NCBI GenBank assembly: GCA_963664115.2
Contig: CAXWPJ010000004.1
Coordinates: forward strand, 96,001 to 160,000
DNA: 64,000 bases
From: Terriglobia bacterium
GTDB taxonomy: Bacteria; Acidobacteriota; Terriglobia; 20CM-2-55-15
Direction: 5' to 3'
Part shown: one piece after another, positions 29,299-38,914 of the stretch
Numbering within the stretch: position 1 is the stretch's first letter
How the letters are laid out: each line of letters opens with the position of its first letter
Made by a program: the position numbers and the translations under genes
Notes under the pieces: generated by a model
Seen by the model: the letters and a program-made list of their open reading frames with translations, nothing else
Told to the model about the DNA's origin: nothing
Databases searched by the model: none

Positions 29299-29886
29299 TT
29301 AAAATGTGGATTCTGGAAGTGCGGCGCTTAGCGCCCCAGTGATGGCTAGGTCGTCGCGGATCTGGTTCAACAGATCTAGATTAACGGCGTCCGCACCCAC
29401 GAGAAAAAGGATGTTGGGGATCAGGCGGCGACTCAGATTTACCAGGCGCCCTATTCGCACATCGTATTCCTCGGCTGGAAGTGGAGCCACATTGATCTGA
29501 GGAGGCTCGGATCCAGCGTTGACCAGGTCAGTTAGCCGATGGGTTGTTTCTTCTATGTCGTTTGACCGTTCGTCCAACTCCTCGTGCGACAAATCCTCGG
29601 AAACCGAAGCGTAATAAAGCGCTTCAATTTGTAAGGCAAATGCTTCCGTTTCTTTCAGGAGGAGCTGCATACCGGGGTCAGAGGTCTCAGTGCGGGCCGC
29701 ATAGAACTCGTCCGACATCGCATCAACCAAGCCCTGCTGATTCTCACTGAAGTTCGGGAGCCTCGTCGCGGTTCCTCTTCTGTTATCGACCAGTCGCCCT
29801 TCATCTCTCTGGCTCTTGGCAGACACAGGCCAGGCACCAAGAAAGAGCGCAAGTACAACGGCGAAGAATGCAAGCGTAAATCTCAT
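29299..29886 (-). CDS. Secreted hypothetical protein
   Basis: Signal peptide (VSA-K), helical composition; no recognised motif. Confidence 0.55.
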   Translation of the reverse strand: MRFTLAFFAVVLALFLGAWPVSAKSQRDEGRLVDNRRGTATRLPNFSENQQGLVDAMSDEFYAARTETSDPGMQLLLKETEAFALQIEALYYASVSEDLSHEELDERSNDIEETTHRLTDLVNAGSEPPQINVAPLPAEEYDVRIGRLVNLSRRLIPNILFLVGADAVNLDLLNQIRDDLAITGALSAALPESTF

Positions 29887-29983
29887 GACCTTTCAAGCAG
29901 GATAAACGCACCGGGTGGAGTGTGACAAAGAAAAACTGGCGTCGGTGCCGTAGACGGCGCCGCTTTCGGCCGTGCAATTGCAC

Positions 29984-30946
29984 TCAACTCTGCCGGCGCA
30001 CCCACCCCCGCGTGACGGCCGAGAGCAAGTCCCCAATCAGAACCAGGGTGCCGCCGAGGACGATGAAGAAAAACATCTCGTCGTAATTGTTTCGGGCTCG
30101 GGCGTCCTGGATCCAGAATCCGAGCGAGGAAATCCCCAGCATGCCCAGCACGGTTGCTTCGCGAACGCAGGTTTCCCACCGATAGAGGAAGAACAGCAGG
30201 AATCGCGAGAAAGCGAGTGGAAACACTCCGGAAAACACCAACTGCGCACGCGTCGCCCCGAGCGCACGAAGCGCCACCAGTGGAGGCGACTCGGTGTTCT
30301 CCAGCACTTCGGCGCCCAGACGGCCGAGTATTCCCGTGTTGTGAAGCGCCAGCGCCAGAACCAGTGGCCAGGCCACAGGACCCAGCATCGCCAGAAACAA
30401 AAACGCCCAGATGTACTCGGGAATGGAGCGCGAGAAAATCATGAAGAACCGGCATCCTGCCATCACACCAACCCATGGCAATCGCATCGGCCAGATAGTC
30501 CGGCGCAAGGACGGAAGGAAGGGGGATTCGGTCACGAGCGTGCGTGCCCCGAACACGGACAAGATCACTCCGCCACAACCGGCCAGAAAGATGGCCGCGA
30601 TCGAAATTGCCAAGGTGTTGAGGGCGGCCTCGAAACCTCTCGACCACATCATTTCGACAAGCCAATCGAACAGCAGACCCGGATCGAAACCTGCAGACTG
30701 CAACGGAAAAGGAACGAGTTGCCTGGCGAAATTGATGAGGTTCGACACGCGTCGGGCAGACAACAGTTCGGAGGCTCCGAAGTCCCCGACCAACCAGGAC
30801 CCGACTCCGAGAATCATTAACAGAACCGCACTCGCACCTGCTCCCCAGTTCCTTGGCCGCGCACGCCGGAGCCGAGCCAGTGTTTCCGAATGTTGTGTTC
30901 GAGGACTCAAGGGACGAACCACCTCCGGATAATTCCACTCCACCAT
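29984..30946 (-). CDS. PhnE/PtxC-type ABC transporter permease 2
   Basis: RSIPE.IWA, LAL.LH..G.LGRL..E, YRWE..VRE..VLG; true start probably slightly downstream of 30946. Confidence 0.85.
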   Translation of the reverse strand: MVEWNYPEVVRPLSPRTQHSETLARLRRARPRNWGAGASAVLLMILGVGSWLVGDFGASELLSARRVSNLINFARQLVPFPLQSAGFDPGLLFDWLVEMMWSRGFEAALNTLAISIAAIFLAGCGGVILSVFGARTLVTESPFLPSLRRTIWPMRLPWVGVMAGCRFFMIFSRSIPEYIWAFLFLAMLGPVAWPLVLALALHNTGILGRLGAEVLENTESPPLVALRALGATRAQLVFSGVFPLAFSRFLLFFLYRWETCVREATVLGMLGISSLGFWIQDARARNNYDEMFFFIVLGGTLVLIGDLLSAVTRGWVRRQS

Positions 30947-31830
30947 TCCACCACTACAATCAGCAGGAACAGTGCATAGAGATAAGTCCAGACCTCGCCG
31001 TAGTAGAGATTCTCAAATGAAGCCGCAATGAAGAAACCCAGCGTGGGGAAACCGAAGAAACCCAGCACGGCCGAGGAACGCAGCGCGCATTCGAACCTGT
31101 AGAACGTATACGCAACCATATCCGGGAACGCGCGCGGTAGCAGTGCGAACACGAACACCTGGGAAGGCAACGCTCCGGCGCCACGCAACGCGTAGGCGGT
31201 ATCGGGAGGTGTCTCGTCGATGATTTCCGAGAAGATCTTTGCCAGCACACCCGCGAAAGGTATCGCCAGCGCGATGACGGCATTGACGTTGACCAGACCG
31301 AACCCCGCCAGCAGAAACACAGCCCACAGCAATTCGTGAACGGAACGCATGACGGCGATCAGCACCCGGGTGGTTCCGTAGAGGAGAGGCCGAACGCTCG
31401 TGCTTGCCAATCGCCGCAGTCTCGAACGCCCGCCGGACGGGTCCTGGCTCCACCATGAACTGGACGCCAGGAAGCCCAGCAGCAGCGCAAGTGGGACAGC
31501 CAGGCTCATCGCCGCCGACGCAAAGATCACGGTAGTCACCCCAGCCTGCAGCGCTCGTAAGGGGAGAGGGATGAGACCGGACGGCAAATTGGGTGCCTCG
31601 TAATTGAGGGCAGGCGACAATGCGCGAGCGAAGAACTCGCCCGTCAACTGGAGGCTCGAAGACGACCCGATGAGATCCGAGGGCCGCAGTTCCAGTTGCC
31701 AGAAGGCCCACACCGCGAGCGCAGTGATGACGATTAAGATTCCGGGCCGAGCCCGGCCAGCGCGGGACGCCTGGGGTATCTTCGGCCTAAGTTCGGGAAA
31801 CCGAGGGATCGCTGCCGGATGGGTCGTCAT
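30907..31830 (-). CDS. PhnE/PtxC-type ABC transporter permease 1
   Basis: RSVHELLWA, AIP.AG..AK.FSE, YRFEC..RSS.VLG..G. Confidence 0.85.
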   Translation of the reverse strand: MTTHPAAIPRFPELRPKIPQASRAGRARPGILIVITALAVWAFWQLELRPSDLIGSSSSLQLTGEFFARALSPALNYEAPNLPSGLIPLPLRALQAGVTTVIFASAAMSLAVPLALLLGFLASSSWWSQDPSGGRSRLRRLASTSVRPLLYGTTRVLIAVMRSVHELLWAVFLLAGFGLVNVNAVIALAIPFAGVLAKIFSEIIDETPPDTAYALRGAGALPSQVFVFALLPRAFPDMVAYTFYRFECALRSSAVLGFFGFPTLGFFIAASFENLYYGEVWTYLYALFLLIVVVEWWSGIIRRWFVP

Positions 31831-32585
31831 AGCTGGAACAAGGACTGAAACTTATCTTCCGCTATCGCAGACACCGGCTTGTCAAAGGCGAGGCGTCCGG
31901 CCTTCATCCCTACAAGGCGAGGGAAAAACTCGCGAGCCAGATCCAGGTTGTGCAGACTCACGCAGAGCGTGAGGCCCTCTTCGCGGGCCAGGCTGGTCAG
32001 CAGTTCAAGGACAGACCGCGCCCGGGCAGGATCGACGCTCGAAACTGGTTCGTCCGCCAGAAGGATTTGTGGTTTCTGAAAAAGGGCGCGGGCTATAGCC
32101 ACCCTCTGGCGCTCACCACCGGAAAGGCGGTCCACACGCTCGTAGAGCTTGTCACCGATGCCCACCCTTTCCAGCAGGTCGTGGACTTCCCCGAGGGTTT
32201 TCCGGGAAGGAAGTGTGAGCAGGACCAGAGCCCGTGTCATGGAGATCTGGCCGAGCCTCCCCATCAGCACGTTCTGAAGCACGTTCAGATTGGGCACCAG
32301 GTGGAGTCCCTGGTGCACGAAGCCGACGCTCGTCCGCAACGTCCGCAAACCTCCATGGGAAAGCGTGTCGAGGCGGGCTCCGAGCGTACGCACGTGGCCC
32401 CGGGTGGGCCGCACCATTCCGTTGAACAGCCCGAGCAGGGTCGTCTTTCCGGCGCCACTCAAGCCGACCAATCCAACACATTCGGCCCGCCCCACTTCGA
32501 AATCGACATTACGGAGCGCCGACACGGATCCGTAGTCGACCGAAACACCGTTGAGCGACAGGCTTTGACCGTTACTCTCTGTCAA
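31827..32585 (-). CDS. PhnC-type ABC transporter ATP-binding protein
   Basis: GLSGAGKTT, LSGGERQRVAIARAL, LADEPVSS.DP, SLH. Confidence 0.88.
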   Translation of the reverse strand: MTESNGQSLSLNGVSVDYGSVSALRNVDFEVGRAECVGLVGLSGAGKTTLLGLFNGMVRPTRGHVRTLGARLDTLSHGGLRTLRTSVGFVHQGLHLVPNLNVLQNVLMGRLGQISMTRALVLLTLPSRKTLGEVHDLLERVGIGDKLYERVDRLSGGERQRVAIARALFQKPQILLADEPVSSVDPARARSVLELLTSLAREEGLTLCVSLHNLDLAREFFPRLVGMKAGRLAFDKPVSAIAEDKFQSLFQL

Positions 32586-33475
32586 CGCAGCATTCCAAGT
32601 TGCTCCGCTACGGCTCGCAGTTGGTCGTAATCCTGATCATCGGCCGGAATGAGTCTATCTCTCGGCAGGGCTGCGAGCAGATTCGAATCGGTGATACCGA
32701 CCAGCGTCTCTTGGAGCCTTCCGGTAAAACCCTCTCCAAAGATTTCATCGAGTCGGGGGTGCGCCACCCAGTGGTAATCCACGAACGTGGGAGTCTGCCA
32801 GATGATTCCGGCGACGTCGGGATCGGTGGTTCCATCCTCGACTCGCCGCTCATAAACAAGATAATTCAAAACGCCCACATCATACTGACCGCTTTCGACC
32901 AGTTCCGCCGCCCGGTCGTGACTTCCGGAAAAGCCAACGGGATTGGCAAAGAATTCCTCCGGTGACTGCCCTGTCGCCTCCCGAATGAAATACTCGGGCA
33001 TCAGTCTACCGGATGTGGAACTCTCGCTACCAAAGGTAAAACTGTACGCGCCGATTTCCGCCGGAAATTCATCGGAGGCCCCGAGCCCCGTCCTCTTATT
33101 CGCAATAAAGTAGGAATAGTATTCCGGGTCGATATCGCCTTGGGCGATCGCGGAGGAACCGTCCACCGCGGCACGCGCCTGCAAGCCGGTCAGACCCCCG
33201 AACCAACCCAACAGGATGTCGCCGTTGCGAAAGGTCTCGACGGTGGCCTGATAGTCGCGGGTCGGTACGTATTCCACCACCACGCCGAGCTCTCTAGCGA
33301 GATAGTCGGACAGCGGCAGGAATCGTGCGGCCAACTCGGTCGTGTTCTGATCCGGTATCCCCGAGAACCGCAACACCGGCAGCGGTTCGTCGACTTGTCC
33401 GGCACAACCGGCGCACACACAGACAACAAGGACGATCGCCGACAGCAGCCTATGGATATTTGCTGTTTCAAGCAT
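32582..33475 (-). CDS. PhnD-family substrate-binding lipoprotein, 'putative selenate ABC transporter' type
   Basis: Lipobox AGC; IPDQ, YVP..DY.A.V..F..G.I.L.WFGGLTG.QAR, FTFGS..STSGRLMP, FSGSHD, DYHW. Confidence 0.75.
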   Translation of the reverse strand: MLETANIHRLLSAIVLVVCVCAGCAGQVDEPLPVLRFSGIPDQNTTELAARFLPLSDYLARELGVVVEYVPTRDYQATVETFRNGDILLGWFGGLTGLQARAAVDGSSAIAQGDIDPEYYSYFIANKRTGLGASDEFPAEIGAYSFTFGSESSTSGRLMPEYFIREATGQSPEEFFANPVGFSGSHDRAAELVESGQYDVGVLNYLVYERRVEDGTTDPDVAGIIWQTPTFVDYHWVAHPRLDEIFGEGFTGRLQETLVGITDSNLLAALPRDRLIPADDQDYDQLRAVAEQLGMLR

Positions 33476-33909
33476 GGTTCTTCTCTTCTCCTAAGATTCC
33501 GTAAATCAAATAAAAGGAATATCCTTCCCAGCCGCCTAGGGCTCAACCCACGACAGATCAAACGAGATACTGAGATTGAAGATGTTTACGGATAAGGGGC
33601 GACGACGCCTACGAACTGGCGCCGCGGAAACGGACTCATGTGAATCCTGAGAAGGTATGGCGATAAATTCGATTACCCATCAGCGCAGGATTCTATCTCG
33701 ATTCCGCGAAGAAGTGTAGCTTGTTCTGCGTTAGCCAACGGCAGACGACTCCCTGCCGATTGACGGATCAACGACTGCTTTTCGCATTTTTTGCCGAGGT
33801 CCTCTTTCACCGTTTGGCAGACACCGAAAGCCCTTCTCCCTCCCTCCCAAGCGTCGGAATGAGTGTGACGATTCGAAGAGGGGTCTGGAATCGTGTACTA
33901 TTCGGTCCG

Positions 33910-35166
33910 ATGACGGCCGAGGAGCTTATCGAGAATTTGCGCGAAGCGCGCACGCGGGAGTTGAGCCTTTTCACCGATCTTTCTGATGAGCAGTTGCTCG
34001 GTCCGAAGGAACACGGCATCGAGCCGCCGATCTGGGAACTGGGGCACGTGGGATGGTTTCAGGAGTACTGGATCCTCCGGAATCTCGGAAAAGCGAAACC
34101 CATCCTCGACAACGGAGATGCCGTCTACGATTCGTTCAATATCACATACAAGCTTCGTTGGGATCACCGCTTTCCGACCCGGGTAGAGACCTTGGATTAC
34201 CTACAGACGGTCCTCGAGCGCTGCTTCGACCGGTTGAGGGAACGCGAACCGAACGAACAAGAGACGCACTTCTACTGGATGGTTGCCCAGCACGAGTACA
34301 TGCATTCGGAAAATCTCTGCATGGTGCGGCATACGCTGGGATACCCCAGGCCGAAGTTCGAAGAACGGGCCGTTAGTCCCGACCCTAAATTCGTGCCGAA
34401 GGACGTGGAAATCCCAGGTGGAAAGTATTCACTCGGCGCTTCGAAGGATGATTTTTTTGTCTTCGACAACGAAAAGTGGATGCACGAGGTCGAAATCAAG
34501 CCGTTCCGCATTGCCAATGCACCCGTGACAAACGAGGAGTTCCTTGCGTTCGTGAAGGATGGTGGATACGGAGTGAGGAAGTTCTGGGGGAAGCACGGGT
34601 CGGAATGGCGCCGCCGTCTGAATGCGACCCATCCGCTGTTCTGGCAAGAGTCGGACGAAGGATGGGTACAGAGCAGATTCGACGAGACCTTTCGGCTGCG
34701 GCCGAACGATCCCGTCGTTCACATCAACTGGTTTGAGGCCCAGGCGTATTGCGCTTGGGCCGGCCGCAGGCTTCCAACCGAGGCCGAGTGGGAAGTGGCT
34801 GCTTCAGGTTATGAGAAGCGCCGGTTCCCGTGGGGGGAGGATCTTCCAGATCCCGACCGCGCCAACCTGGATTGGAGTCATCTGGGAGTCGTGGACGTGA
34901 GTGCCTATCCGCAAGGGGACAGCGTCTTTGGTTGCCGCCAAATGATCGGCAACATCTGGGAGTGGACCGACAGTTACCTGGAACCCTACCCGGGTTTCAC
35001 ACCGGACCCCTACAAGGAATACTCTCTGCCGTACTTCGGACAGAAACCTGTCCTTCGCGGTGGAGGATTCGCGTCGCGTTCTAAGATGATCCGCAATACC
35101 TGGCGAAATTTCTTCATCAGGCATCGCCGCAACATCGTGGCTGGATTCCGAACCTGCGCCCTGTAA
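33910..35166 (+). CDS. senA: Selenoneine synthase SenA-like / EgtB-family enzyme (DinB + FGE-sulfatase domains)
   Basis: PP.WELGHVGWFQE.W..R, HE.MH.E iron-binding motif, FDNE, RLPTEAEWE, GN.WEWT, F.P.PY.EYS.P.FG, RNFF, GFRTCAL. Confidence 0.65.
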   Translation: MTAEELIENLREARTRELSLFTDLSDEQLLGPKEHGIEPPIWELGHVGWFQEYWILRNLGKAKPILDNGDAVYDSFNITYKLRWDHRFPTRVETLDYLQTVLERCFDRLREREPNEQETHFYWMVAQHEYMHSENLCMVRHTLGYPRPKFEERAVSPDPKFVPKDVEIPGGKYSLGASKDDFFVFDNEKWMHEVEIKPFRIANAPVTNEEFLAFVKDGGYGVRKFWGKHGSEWRRRLNATHPLFWQESDEGWVQSRFDETFRLRPNDPVVHINWFEAQAYCAWAGRRLPTEAEWEVAASGYEKRRFPWGEDLPDPDRANLDWSHLGVVDVSAYPQGDSVFGCRQMIGNIWEWTDSYLEPYPGFTPDPYKEYSLPYFGQKPVLRGGGFASRSKMIRNTWRNFFIRHRRNIVAGFRTCAL

Positions 35167-35308
35167 CGCCCCTCGGTTCCGCGCCTCTCCGGTGCTTGCG
35201 TTCCGACAGTCGCTTCATCGGGCTGCGGACAAAAAAGCATGTATCATGCGCAAACCGAATATTCGAATCGAATATTTTCGCTGAAATGTGTCTGCAAATG
35301 GAGGGATC

Positions 35309-35803
35309 ATGGCAAAAATCGTATTTCATCTTGCCGCTATCGTTTTCACTAGCGCTTGGGCGTTGCCAGCCTTGGCGCAGTTACCGGTCCGTCATGTTCT
35401 CCCGGTCCCGCTTGCCAAGCAAATGGCTGATGTGACAACCGAAACCTGCGCGGCATTAGGATTCAGTGTTTCCGTTCATGTCGTGGACGCCGCCGGCGAT
35501 ACTCTCGTAGCCTATCGCGGCGGGGATTCCGGAGTGCATACCTTCATGAACAGCTTCCGCAAGGCCTATGCCGCAATGACGTTTCGCCGCCCATCTGCGA
35601 CCTTCGGCGAACGCCTGGAAGCTGGCGACACAGGCGCGCAGTTGCAATTGATGCTACCCGACATGGCGGGCCAGCAGGGGGGTCTTCCGATCCGTGTCGG
35701 CGAGGAAGTGATCGGCGGTATCGGGGCTTCCGGTGCAGGAATGGGCGCAGATTCTAGGTGTGTTCAGGCGGGTTTGGACTCAGTAGCGGAGAATCTGCGT
35801 TAG
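35309..35803 (+). CDS. GlcG/HbpS-like heme-binding protein, secreted
   Basis: VSV.VVD..G, KAY.A..F..PS, GG.PI..G.E.IGGIGASG. Confidence 0.85.
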   Translation: MAKIVFHLAAIVFTSAWALPALAQLPVRHVLPVPLAKQMADVTTETCAALGFSVSVHVVDAAGDTLVAYRGGDSGVHTFMNSFRKAYAAMTFRRPSATFGERLEAGDTGAQLQLMLPDMAGQQGGLPIRVGEEVIGGIGASGAGMGADSRCVQAGLDSVAENLR

Positions 35804-35924
35804 AGGTTCTGAGCCTCTGCTTCTCAGCGGCACCCTTTGTCGTCATTTGACCTACACGTGAAACACGGAGGCTCTTTGACTTTCGCTTCAAGAGTTCTTT
35901 CGCGAAGTCTCGAATATCTTCATT

Positions 35925-36650
35925 ATGCGCATCAAGGCCGGACAAGGTGAAACACCCCCTGCGGCATCTATGATCCGCGTTCCGGAAGGCTGGTTCCAGA
36001 TGGGCTCCAACCACCACCAGCCCTGGGAGGCTCCGCGGCACCGAGTTTTTACCGACGCCTTCGAGATCGCGCAAACCCCGCTGACGCGACGGGAGTATGC
36101 AATCTTTCTTGATGTCACCGGCCAGCCCGCGCCACGGGGATGGACAGAGCCGGCCTTTGCCGACCCGAATCAGCCCGTCGTCGGTGTGAACTGGTTTGAC
36201 GCCGTTGCTTATTGCGAGTGGTTATCCAAGCGAGAGGGCACTGCTTATCGATTGCCGAGGGAGGCGGAGTGGGAGAAGGCGTGCAGGGGAGGCGCCGATG
36301 ACAACCCTTACGCCTGGGGCCACGAGGCGCCTGAATCACTCGAATATTTTCAAGGCGAATGGACCGGTCCTCGCCCGGTGGCCACGGCCGCAGCCAACGG
36401 CTATGGCCTGTTCAATATGGGCGACAACGTCCACGAATGGTGCGAAGACTGGTACGGCCCCGACTACTACGGGGTCTCCCCGGAAATGAATCCAGTGGGA
36501 CCGGAGTCCGGCAGCCGCCGTGTTTCAAAGGGTGGATCCTGGCGACACGCCGTGAAAGGGTCGCGGGCCGCACAGCGGAGCAGCCTCCCGCCCGAGTACC
36601 GGTATACGGATTACGGATTCCGTCTGGCCCGAGCCGTGACGCCGGAGTGA
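35925..36650 (+). CDS. Formylglycine-generating enzyme (SUMF1/FGE-sulfatase) family protein
   Basis: F.MGS, E.P.H.V, PVV.VNW.DA..YC.WL, RLP.EAEWE, N.YGL.NM..NV.EWC.D, GGSW, GFRL; start 35925 or 35970. Confidence 0.85.
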   Translation: MRIKAGQGETPPAASMIRVPEGWFQMGSNHHQPWEAPRHRVFTDAFEIAQTPLTRREYAIFLDVTGQPAPRGWTEPAFADPNQPVVGVNWFDAVAYCEWLSKREGTAYRLPREAEWEKACRGGADDNPYAWGHEAPESLEYFQGEWTGPRPVATAAANGYGLFNMGDNVHEWCEDWYGPDYYGVSPEMNPVGPESGSRRVSKGGSWRHAVKGSRAAQRSSLPPEYRYTDYGFRLARAVTPE

Positions 36651-36892
36651 CTGGCTTCGCACCTTGCGACCACCGAGCCTACTTAATGCCAAAGCCATCC
36701 AGCATGCCCGCGTAACCCCCATCCTTGATCATCTTGGCTTCCATTTCGAACTGATCCGGAATCGGCGTCAACCCGAGTCCTTCGACAAAGCGGTTCATAA
36801 AGCAAAGTCGGTAGGTCGACGAGTCTGACCACGCGCGGCTTTTGCCCGAACGGGCCAGATACCGTAGCATGGAACAAACAGGAGGATAGAAT

Positions 36893-37680
36893 ATGTCCAT
36901 CCGCAATTCTCTTCGAACGGTTCGAACGCTGCTGACCCTGGGAACACTGATTGGGTTGACGGGATACGCCAACGCCCAGACCCTGATCGAGTACAGTGGC
37001 GAAGCCCGGTTCCAGCTGGATCTCCAGGTTCCCGATGCCGCGCTCATGCCTTATATTCCGGCAGGCTGGACGCTTAATGTGTCGACCCAGGGAAATGCGA
37101 AGGATGCGAATTTGCGCGCGATTTTTGTGGATCGAATGACGATTAACGGTCCGGATGGAAGACCGGTTGGGACCGGGTCGAACCGGCTGGTGTACATCGC
37201 TGCTCCTGTGACGAATCCCGCAGGGGAGAACGTTCAACTCGTCATTGGCGGGCTGACTGAAGACCCCTCGGATGCACCCGGACCGTTCGGTGTGTATCTG
37301 TTGGCGACCACGCACATGATGGAACGCACCACCACCGACAGCGGATCGGGCCCGATCCTGGACTCGCAGGACTGGATGCTTGCCGCCGCCACCGGCGAAC
37401 ATCTGGAGATGCACATCGAGTACGAGCGAGGCATCGGCAACAAACGCCCCCCAGAGACACGAAGTTTTACTCTGCGAAAGATCCGGACTTCTTTCAGATT
37501 TCGAGACAGGAACAGGTACTGGATGTCATGCGCAACGTGACGACCAATCCTCCCGACAGAGTGACGGCGTTCTCCTTCAGCGCGGGTGGCGGCAGCTTTG
37601 CCGCGCTGTTCGACGGCACGGAGAGATTGCTGAGTTGGGACAACATCCTCTGGTTGAATCGCTCTGTTCTCCTGCCGTAG
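36893..37680 (+). pseudogene. Secreted conserved hypothetical protein with a -1 frameshift at a C6 run (about 37447-37452)
   Basis: GGAGG RBS and signal peptide; a protein-like C-terminus (TKFYSAKDPDFFQISRQEQVLDVMRNVTTNPPDRV...WDNILWLNRSVLLP) lies in the -1 frame and ends at TAG 37680. Confidence 0.65.
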
Positions 37681-37803
37681 CGGCTTCCCAGTCCGCGACA
37701 GATATCGGGAAGCCCGCGCTCAGAACGCGTCGATGCGTGTGTCCGGTCGGTGATTGTCGTTCGTAGAGGACGCGGACGAACGTGACCGTAAGGAGTACAG
37801 CTC

Positions 37804-38457
37804 ATGCCGACTGTAATGATCGTGGGTGCAAGCCGGGGAATCGGGCTCGAACTCGCCAGACAATATGCCCAAGCCCGCTGGCGCATGCATGCGACCACCC
37901 GAACGCCGGATAATCCGGGGGCGCTGGGACGGATCGCCGGTGATGTCGTCTTGCATGAACTCGACGTCCGCGATGGGAATCACATTGCGGTTGTGGCCTC
38001 GGCGGTGAGCGACGAAGGCATCGATGTGCTCATCCACAACGCGGGCGTCCAGGACGACATCCTCCCCCCTGAAGAAGTCGTGCAGATCAACGCCGAGGCG
38101 CCGCTCGAGGTAACAGAAGCACTGTTGTCTGCCCTCGGGCGCGGCACGCAGAAGAAGGTTGTCCTGATGACGAGCCAGCTCGGCGCGCGCCGCGGCAGTA
38201 CCCGCAGTCTGGGCACATATGGAGACTCGAAAGCCGCGTTGAACGATGCTTTCCGCGAGAGGGCGCCGGAATGGGCCCGGGACGGTCTGATCGCAATCGT
38301 CATGCACCCGGGCTGGGTCCGCACGGACATGGGCGGATCCAATGCTCCGCTCGGAACAGAGGAAAGCGCACGCGGGATCATCGACGTCATTGATCGCCTG
38401 ACACCGGCTGAACACGGTCGCTTCTGGACCTGGGACGGAAGGGAGCATCCTTGGTAA
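37804..38457 (+). CDS. SDR family oxidoreductase (CsgA/C-factor-like)
   Basis: GASRGIG, NAG, YGDSK, HPGWVRTDMGG. Confidence 0.9.
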   Translation: MPTVMIVGASRGIGLELARQYAQARWRMHATTRTPDNPGALGRIAGDVVLHELDVRDGNHIAVVASAVSDEGIDVLIHNAGVQDDILPPEEVVQINAEAPLEVTEALLSALGRGTQKKVVLMTSQLGARRGSTRSLGTYGDSKAALNDAFRERAPEWARDGLIAIVMHPGWVRTDMGGSNAPLGTEESARGIIDVIDRLTPAEHGRFWTWDGREHPW

Positions 38458-38596
38458 CACACAGGGGTAGCAGGCGGACGGCGGGGAAACGCAACGATCA
38501 AACCCCGAAGGTTCAGCTAAAAATGCGGAGCTGGGTGGTGCCGCGTTGACCTCGCTTGGCGCCTCCGATAGAATCGCAGCGCTTTAACCATCCATA

Positions 38597-38914
38597 ATGA
38601 GCTCTCGATCCCAATCGACGAAGTCCGGTGCCGCAACAGGACCCCAGGGGTACTGGCGCCGCAACCTCCGGATCATGGCGACGCTTATCTTTGTTTGGGC
38701 ATTGGCCGGTCTGGGGGCAGGTGTTCTCTTTGCCGACCGCTTGAACGCCTACACACTGCCGGGAACGGGATTTCCTCTCGGCTTCTGGTTTGCACAACAG
38801 GGCAGCATCATCGCGTTCGTCCTCATCATCCTCGTCTATTGCCTTTTGATGAACCGCCTCGACGCCGAGCACCACCGGGAGATCGAGCAGAGCGGCGATG
38901 GGGGTAAGGGGTGA
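38597..38914 (+). CDS. DUF4212 small membrane subunit of solute:sodium symporter
   Basis: YWR.N, GFPLGFWFAQQGSI motif; directly upstream of the symporter. Confidence 0.88.
   Translation: MSSRSQSTKSGAATGPQGYWRRNLRIMATLIFVWALAGLGAGVLFADRLNAYTLPGTGFPLGFWFAQQGSIIAFVLIILVYCLLMNRLDAEHHREIEQSGDGGKG

Noticed and set aside
29984-33475. Phosphonate (C-P lyase) or phosphite utilisation operon
   Set aside because: No phnG-M or ptxD adjacent; binding-protein motifs and the senA-like neighbour favour the 'selenate'-type subfamily, though this is unproven
33476-36650. Selenocysteine (TGA read-through) genes near the senA-like gene
   Set aside because: I saw no in-frame TGA splitting a recognisable domain and no SECIS-like element; not exhaustively tested
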